Assembly: GCA_030141605.1 (NCBI GenBank)
Contig: JAQGDQ010000158.1
Coordinates: forward strand, 124,001 to 188,000
Direction: 5' to 3'
Source of the DNA: Tubiluchus corallicola
Taxonomy: Eukaryota; Animalia; Priapulida
DNA length: 64,000 bases
Shown here piece by piece: positions 56,640 to 64,000 of the stretch. The translations under genes were made by a program, and so were the position numbers. The notes under the pieces were generated by a model, which was not told the DNA's origin, ran no database searches, and saw only the letters and a program-made list of their open reading frames with translations. The first letter of the stretch is position 1. Each line of letters opens with the position of its first letter.

Positions 56640-58270
56640 ATGCGATTATTATTATTGCTGAAAAGATCAAGGTCTATGTATATTCTGGACTTTATCAGCT
56701 TGCAAAGGATGGATTGTCATGTACCTCCAAGATTCAGGGAAGAGGAGAAACAGTGGGAAAAATTAGTGAAGATTTCTGCACTTTCTGAAAGAGAAAGAAT
56801 TATTCATGAAAGGCACAAGACAGCAAATGAAGTATTGATCTTTGACATAATTTAAGTAGCCTAACTGTTTTTGATTCGCGTTTTGCAGCTAACTAATATT
56901 TGCTTAAGGATGACTTAGAATAAAGCAATCTGTCTATTATAATATGAGTTAGGAACTGAGCGAAATGTAACCAGAAAAAGTATATTTTCCACACATGAAA
57001 GTTTTTATGTTTTTGATCTGAATATTTTAGCATGAATCAAAGAATCATTAGACCATAGATACATCGATGGTGTTCCTAAATTTTTAAGTAGTAAAGTGTA
57101 TAAAATTGGAGGAAATCTCTTTCAGATCCCGAAAAGGTAGTATAGCCACAAAAACAAGTTTATATCCACATGCAGAACCCATTTGAAACACATAGGATGA
57201 AATGGCATGGTGATGGTATGGCATCAATTAGACCATTTTCTGTAATAAAGGATAAGCAAGGCATAAGAAAAGTTCTAGAAATGCTAATCACTAGTAACAA
57301 CATTTGTGTGTCTTTTAAGTGTGTAAAAGCTTCTTAATTCTTATTTTTAAAGACTGGCAGAGAACAGTACGAAGACCCAGAAACTGGCTTCAGTGTCATG
57401 ACCCGACTTGCTCATTACAGGCGAGGTTATTGCTGTGGAAACTGCTGTAGACATGTGTGTTTTTTTTACATTATTAGGCCTATTAGTTTTTTAATACTGT
57501 TTAGTCCTATGTAAACTGATGATGTGACTGCAAACTGCCAACTGTAAGCTAGTGTGTGGATGGTTGTGGCTAAACTGGTACCTAGCTTATTATCAAGACT
57601 AGTCCTCCAAGATTAGATATTGAACTCATTGGTGTCTCAAGTACATTCAGATTGTAATCAACCCTTTGAAGTTTGCAATGAAGTAAACAGACCAAATTAG
57701 TATGCTAAGTGAATAGCCTGGTGGTTACCCATTCACTCACAGACTAGCCTCAAGTCTGTCTGTGGTTACTATGCACATGCGATGACCATTCTCCCAAAAG
57801 CCTCCCTTTTGTGAAGCTTCATCTACAAAACATTAATATTAAGGCAGTTGGTGAAGTACTAAACATCTAGCTGGAAAATTCCCACCTTGTCTGAGACCCC
57901 AGCCAACTGTATCAAAACTAGTAATGTCCTTCTAAAAATGCTCTATTCATAAAATTTTAATAGAGGAATGAATCTTATTTTTATGGAGTGCAAAAAGTAG
58001 TATTGCACTTTGACTTCATGATTGCCTTTTTTATGACTTATAATTGTAATAAATTTTGGTATTTATTATAATGTTTTACTTCTCTATACTTTGTCGTATT
58101 CTGCTTTTCAATTTCTGAATTTACAAATATAAAATTAAATTTAGAGAAGAATAGCATTTCAAAAGGCTTCAATTATTTTCATTGAAATTATTTTGCAGTG
58201 TCCATATGGTCAAATGAATGTGCTGCCATCCCTCAGGACTAAAAAGTTCAACAGTGCTTTCTATGATTGA
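56640..58270 (+). CDS. C1orf53: C1orf53-like (DUF5522) small Cys-rich protein, ~121 aa, 3 coding exons
   Basis: Exons 56640-56831, 57353-57454 and 58199-58270, all phase 0 GT-AG. The spliced peptide IHERHKTANE/TGREQYEDPETGFSVMTRLAHYRRGYCCGNCCRH/CPYGQMNV...KKFNSAFYD matches the recalled YxDPxTGyxVxTxxxHLxRGxCCGxxCRHCPY family motif. The start ATG could be 56640, 56676 or 56709. Confidence 0.88.
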
Positions 58271-58809
58271 AGCCTGGGCTCTTCTACTTATAGTCACTAA
58301 ATTTGCACATTCTGAGCAGAATGCTTAGATTGTTAAGGTATGTTTGTTCACAAATTCACTACTACTTTCTATATAGTGTTGTCATTTATTTTAGTATTCA
58401 TTAATTTTGGTATGTTTTTTTTTGTTATTATCATTACTATAACCCTGTTAGTTTTTCACAATTTTAATTTGAAGATTACCAACAGTTTTGTTTTCAAGGA
58501 AGTGTCACAACCACTTGACTGCATTACGTTCATGTTCATGCAGGTATATGCAGGTATTAACACAGAATCAACATGACTTAATTCTTGGGATCTAAAGTAT
58601 GACAGGTTATTCTTGGTAGAAATTAGTCTTTAGTCTAATTCCCCTAAAATATCTAAAAACAATTGTCATGTTAGTTTTTTAACTCACTTTAAGTGTCAGC
58701 AAACTGCCTGTTTACATTGACTTTGTTAGATAACATTAGGTGGTATCTTATGAGCAAAATAGCTAACATTTTAACAATGAATTTTAACAATAATTATTAA
58801 TGAATTAAT

Positions 58810-59005
<196 letters not shown>

Positions 59006-59812
59006 CTCTGAAAACTTATATGATGGATACTGTAATGTACTTGCAAATGTAACAAATTAAAAAGCAGTTATTTTGAAAAGCTATTTCTAATACTATTTCT
59101 GCTATTTCTAATACGATGCTTTGTTTGGGTTTTAATTAGACCATTTGCACCTTAAAAGTTGGTGAAGCAAGTCAAATGTCTAATAAACTTTTGAAATGCG
59201 ATAAAGCGTAGTAACTTCTGATAATAGCTTGCCTTAATGTAGTAGGCATTTTCAGTATTTGTGTTATTAAACACCCAGGTAGTACGAAATGTCTTTTCTT
59301 TGTTTTTGTGTTTTAGATGGTTTATAAAAGCTGCAACAATGTCAAACTGTCATCCAAATACTGGTGAATGAATCGTCTTTTGCACAAGGGATACAACACT
59401 TTCAAATACTGATGATATATTTATACAAAGCTGCAATTTATTTTATATAAATAGTCTGTAAAACTGTTATGCAAGACACTTGCTCAAAATTTGCTAATAT
59501 ATTTTTGCCATTTTTAGTAAAAATGAATGAAAATATTACTTAAAAGGTATAAATGTCAATAAATAGATACATAATAAAACTCTTATAAATAAGTCATTCT
59601 ACACTTGAAAATAATTCTGTGAACATTAATTTATCTACATTAAATAATTTAGTTCTGGGTTACTGCCTACCGCATCCTTCTTTAAACAATTCTGATATGC
59701 ATTGTTTCATTTAAAGTGCAAAAAGAAAAAAGTCTAGTCATGTTAAGGATACGCACATGCGCATTGCATTTAATTGTCTTTATTGTGGTGCTGCATGACT
59801 GTATTGAAACCT

Positions 59813-62800
59813 TCATGGAATGTTGCTTGAACTTCCTGCTGTGAAGTTGTGCTTTTGCTGTGTCATCTTAGGCTTGTGTTTAGAACTTTTCTGATGTGCT
59901 CTAAGACCAGCTAATTGTGAGTAGGCACTTTGGCAGACAAGACACTTGTATGGACGTTCACCTAGAAAAGAAATTTTAGTAAATTGTTTAACTGTTTACT
60001 AATTTGTGCCATATTTTTGTAACATGTTTATAAAAGTCATTGTTATATTGATCACGATGCCGAGTATTAATAATAAACTGATAAAAATGTGAATTTTGTG
60101 AAGTCTGTGTTTTCATTTTGAAGATAAAGTTCACTGACAATTTTATGTGTATTTTACATAGTTAAAAATTGTTTTAGCAAGCTGAATTTGAGTACCAGTT
60201 ATTTTCAATTAAAATGAATGAAAACAGAAGATGAAGATCAAATATATCAAAAAAACTTTCCATACAAACTTATATTTCTTAACGCTACCCTTCCTTGTTT
60301 GAAAGACTTATGTAACTGGAAAAGAAAATTCTTCATAATTTCAATTGTTCATACCTATTTGTAAACCATCGGTGTATCACCATCCCAGTGTGCACCACTG
60401 GCTTACCTAAAGCATATTATTGATCTTTTTGACAATATAAACTAATTTAAACATTTGCTTGGTTAGGCAAGTGCTCTATGAATTACTCTAATTATTTTTC
60501 AAACTTCACACAATGTTATTATATAAACTTGTTTCAGTTCACTTACCGTTAATATGACTGCACTTAACAGTTATCGTGAGAGCTTAAATTTACAAATTTC
60601 ATACAGTGCTACAGCTAACTCAAGCTCTGTATGCAATAAGACAGCATGTAATTTTTTTTAATTAAGTTTTATTTATGAACAGTGTTTTCTTGTAATTTAA
60701 ACGTCGAACCTCCATCAATTTGTAATTCTCTCTTTAAGTTGTTTTTTGTTTGTTGTGGCATTTATTAAGTTCAGCTTTTAAGAGCATCGGTTACCTGTGT
60801 GCAAACGAGTGTGATTTCGTAGGTTACCTGTGTGCAAACGAGTGTGATTTCGCAGGTTACCTGTGTGCAAACGAGTGTGATTTTGCAGGTTACCTGTGTG
60901 CAAACGAGTGTGATTTCGCAGGTTACCTGTGTGCAAACGAGTGTGATTTCGCAGGTTACCTGTGTGTAAACGAGTGTGATTTCGCAGGTTACCTGTGTGC
61001 AAACGAGTGTGATTTCGCAGGTTACCTGTGTGCAAACGAGTGTGATTTCGCAGGTTACCTGTGTGTAAACGAGTGTGATTTCGCAGGTTACCTGTGTGTA
61101 AACGAGTGTGATTTCGCAGGTTACCTGTGTGTAAACGAGTGTGATTTCGCAGGTTACCTGTGTGTAAACGAGTGTGATTTCGCAGGTTACCTGTGTGCAA
61201 ACGAGTGTGATTTCGCAGGTTACCTGTGTGTAAACGAGTGTGATTTCGCAGGTTACCTGTGTGCAAACGAGTGTGATTTCGCAGGTTACCTGTGTGCAAA
61301 CGAGTGTGATTTCGCAGGTTACCTGTGTGCAAACGAGTGTGATTTCGCAGGTTACCTGTGTGCAAACGAGTGTGATTTCGCAGGTTACCTGTGTGCAAAC
61401 GAGTGTGATTTCGCAGGTTACCTGTGTAAACGAGTGATTTCGGTATTCAAACGAGTGTGATTTCGCAGGTTACCTGTGTGCAAACGAGTGTGATTTCGCA
61501 GGTTACCTGTGTGCAAACGAGTGTGATTTCGCAGGTTACCTGTGTGCAAACGAGTGTGATTTCGCAGGTTACCTGTGTGCAAACGAGTGTGATTTCGCAG
61601 GTTACCTGTGTGCAAACGAGTGTGATTTCGCAGGTTACCTGTGTGCAAACGAGTGTGATTTCGCAGGTTACCTGTGTGCAAACGAGTGTGATTTCGCAGG
61701 TTACCTGTGTGCAAACGAGTGTGATTTCGCAGGTTACCTGTGTGCAAACGAGTGTGATTTCGCAGGTTACCTGTGTGCAAACGAGTGTGATTTCGCAGGT
61801 TACCTGTGTGCAAACGAGTGTGATTTCGCAGGTTACCTGTGTGCAAACGAGTGTGATTTCGCAGGTTACCTGTGTGCAAACGAGTGTGATTTCGCAGGTT
61901 ACCTGTGTGCAAACGAGTGTGATTTCGCAGCGTTGATGACTGACTGAAGCTGCGCTGACAGTACATACAGATGAACGGTTTCTCCATGGTGTGGATTCTC
62001 ATATGTGACCTCAGGTTACTCTTGGAGTTGAAGCCACGTCGACATACTGTGCACCTCATTTTTGACCCGGCTGTTGGACAAGTTGATTCTGAAAGTGTCA
62101 TCAATGCTGCATGTAGTAGATCTTAAACAAAATCTTGCTTTTACAACTTTGACGTAGTACTCTTCAGTTGCTTTCCATTATTTTTCATTTTTGTGTTCCA
62201 CTACACACTACAAGAATTAGCTCTAGCAGTTTAGTCCACGCTATTAACTTCATCCATCCATAATATAACTGTAGTTGGTTGCTGTTTAGACATTGCCATT
62301 AAGATAAGCTTGTTAAATAAACATATAACACCGTGCCACAGAATCAGTTTAACTTGATTCAACTCGCTAGGCTGTTTAGAGGTAGTCTGAACTTAAATGT
62401 ACATGCTTGAGCTTGTAAAACGTGTTACCCATGTCAAATCAACTTTGGGAAGCCATTGTTTTATTTCTCGCACACTTTGGAACATATTTATTTAAGTGAT
62501 ACATAAATGAAACTATGTCATACAAAAATGATTCATAAAATTTATGAAATTTGAAATTGCACAAACTTTATATTTGTTTCCAAAATTCATTAAGAAGCAA
62601 GAACTGTTTGTGTAGGTATTCTTTATATTACTTGTATTTTATACATAGTTTAAAATCTCAGCATGCTGAACAATAAAATACATTTGAAATTTCAGATGCC
62701 AAAAAAATTAATTCACTGTATAAAAAATACAATCTATACAAATGAGTTTTAAAATTTCATTGAAAGGAATCTAATGAGTTTAGTAAGTGATTATTTCATG

Positions 62801-63277
62801 TTTACATATTTTATTTCTTAGAGGAAACAAGCTGCGTAGCTAACAGGGGGCGGTGGAGGCAGTCCCGCCCTGGACAGTACATTTCAGTGGGCGTCACTTT
62901 GATGCAGTGCACTGAAAAGGTTGATTCTGACCGAACAGTAGAAAGACAAAACAATTGATACAATTTAACTTTCCCGCCACATACGACGCTTCCTATGGAA
63001 GATGATAATTAGCAGTGTAATATCTTTGTAATATTTGTAATAGTATGCAATGCAATACTATTACTGTCAAGAAAGGACTGCATCCTTAAATTAAATGTCA
63101 GATATTTTTCCAGAATTCCCATCCATGTCCTGATATTGATAAGTTTACATTTTTAAACAAAAGTGGAGACGTGGAAGCTAAGAAATATTGATTAACCATG
63201 TAGATAAAATTTCAGCAATACGCGATTCTAAATTAAGAGTTACGAATTAATTTTGCTAATGTATTCAATCAGCACTA

Positions 63278-63322
<45 letters not shown>

Positions 63323-64000
63323 TGTGTTTGTTATAAATTATGGTATTTTTTAATCAACTACGCTTAAAAAGAGCCCTGTATATGTAGGGACGTGTTTCTG
63401 TATACGTTGCTTATTTAAGTGTGTGATTTGTTAATGGTATTTGTGTTCATGTTTTGTTCGGTGAAATAAAACGTTTATTATTACTATTATTATTTGTGCA
63501 GTTTGTCTTTGCTTTCAAAGTTTCTGTGCAGTACACGTTTTGAGTTAACTATGAAACACATATATAATCAAAAGTTTTCCGATGTTAACATATGAAGACG
63601 TCTCTGAGTATCACGACTTCTGAAGCACGCAGGACGAATTTATTTCTGCACAAAAATTTTCACTGCTGGTTTATTATTTTGTCTATTTACCTTCACAACT
63701 TTTACATCTGCAAGGAAATACTGTTAAAACCTTCCTACACAAGGATGTTGCTACTTTGTTATTTTTCTTGGGGGGGGGGGTGTCAAACTCAAGTGCTGCC
63801 ACAGTACTACAAGCTCTACCAACGCTACTAAATGGAAGTTGTTGCATAGTGATAGATTATCATTTCGTTCAGTTTGCAGTTTGTAGAAAATTTTGAGAGA
63901 AACTGAGTTTCCAATTAAAGTGTCCAATTAAAGAATAATAAAATTGATTCTACCTTGCTGTACTTTTCCTATAGATATTTGTGATTCGGGGCTCCACCCA
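59813..64000 (-). CDS. PRDM12: PR/SET domain zinc finger protein 12, 3' part (three C2H2 fingers); gene continues beyond the right edge
   Basis: Exon 62121 (or 62088)-61903 encodes [52 protein letters not shown](G). Exon 59961-59813 encodes [29 protein letters not shown]...*. Both are near-identical to recalled vertebrate PRDM12 fingers. The probable upstream exon end is at 63954 (CAAG|GTAGAA, phase 1). Confidence 0.93.
60249..60700 (+). repeat. Dispersed repeat, copy 2 (related to 37149-37600)
   Basis: Blocks collinear with copy 1. Confidence 0.65.
60789..61930 (-). repeat. 33-bp minisatellite (~34 units) made of the PRDM12 ZF2 exon end plus splice donor
   Basis: Minus-strand unit CTGCGAAATCACACTCGTTTGCACACAG|GTAAC, encoding [11 protein letters not shown]. 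There are 14 donors from 61902 to 61473, an irregular junction at ~61422-61450, then 20 donors from 61421 to 60794. Confidence 0.97.
62829..63830. mobile_element. Possible decayed MITE in a PRDM12 intron, containing (TA)n at 63279-63320
   Basis: The GC-rich ends GCTGCGTAGCTAACAGGGGGCGG ... GGGGGGGGTGTC...CGCTACT resemble the termini of common invertebrate MITEs. No clear TSD. Confidence 0.3.

Noticed and set aside
60789-61930. CRISPR-like array (33-bp repeats)
   Set aside because: The units are head-to-tail with no spacers, derive from the PRDM12 exon/intron boundary, and sit in a eukaryotic context with no cas genes.
60750-61936. Plus-strand repetitive ORFs ([11 protein letters not shown])n and ([11 protein letters not shown])n
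   Set aside because: They are by-products of a 33-bp unit lacking stops in those frames. There is no ATG start or independent evidence.

Overview
AT-rich, intron-rich animal (invertebrate-like) genomic DNA with canonical GT-AG introns. Five protein-coding loci can be reconstructed by hand. (1) The 5' part of UBR4/p600 (minus strand, 18 exons, 860-13115, runs off the left edge). (2) A complete GLD-2/TENT2 cytoplasmic poly(A) polymerase (minus strand, 11 coding exons). (3) A large terminal exon of an unidentified FN3-like, single-TM protein with a PDZ-ligand tail (minus strand). (4) A C1orf53/DUF5522-like small gene (plus strand). (5) The 3' part of PRDM12 (minus strand). The window also holds many MITEs, LINE relics and microsatellites. 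Two observations stand out. First, a 33-bp tandem array in PRDM12 multiplies the ZF2 exon end together with its splice donor 34 times; 14 of these donors are in frame. Second, a 540-bp internally deleted RTE retroelement starts exactly at the cleavage site of an intact twister ribozyme, whose P1 5' strand is supplied by the target-site duplication. Gene names rest on recalled homologous sequences, not on database searches.
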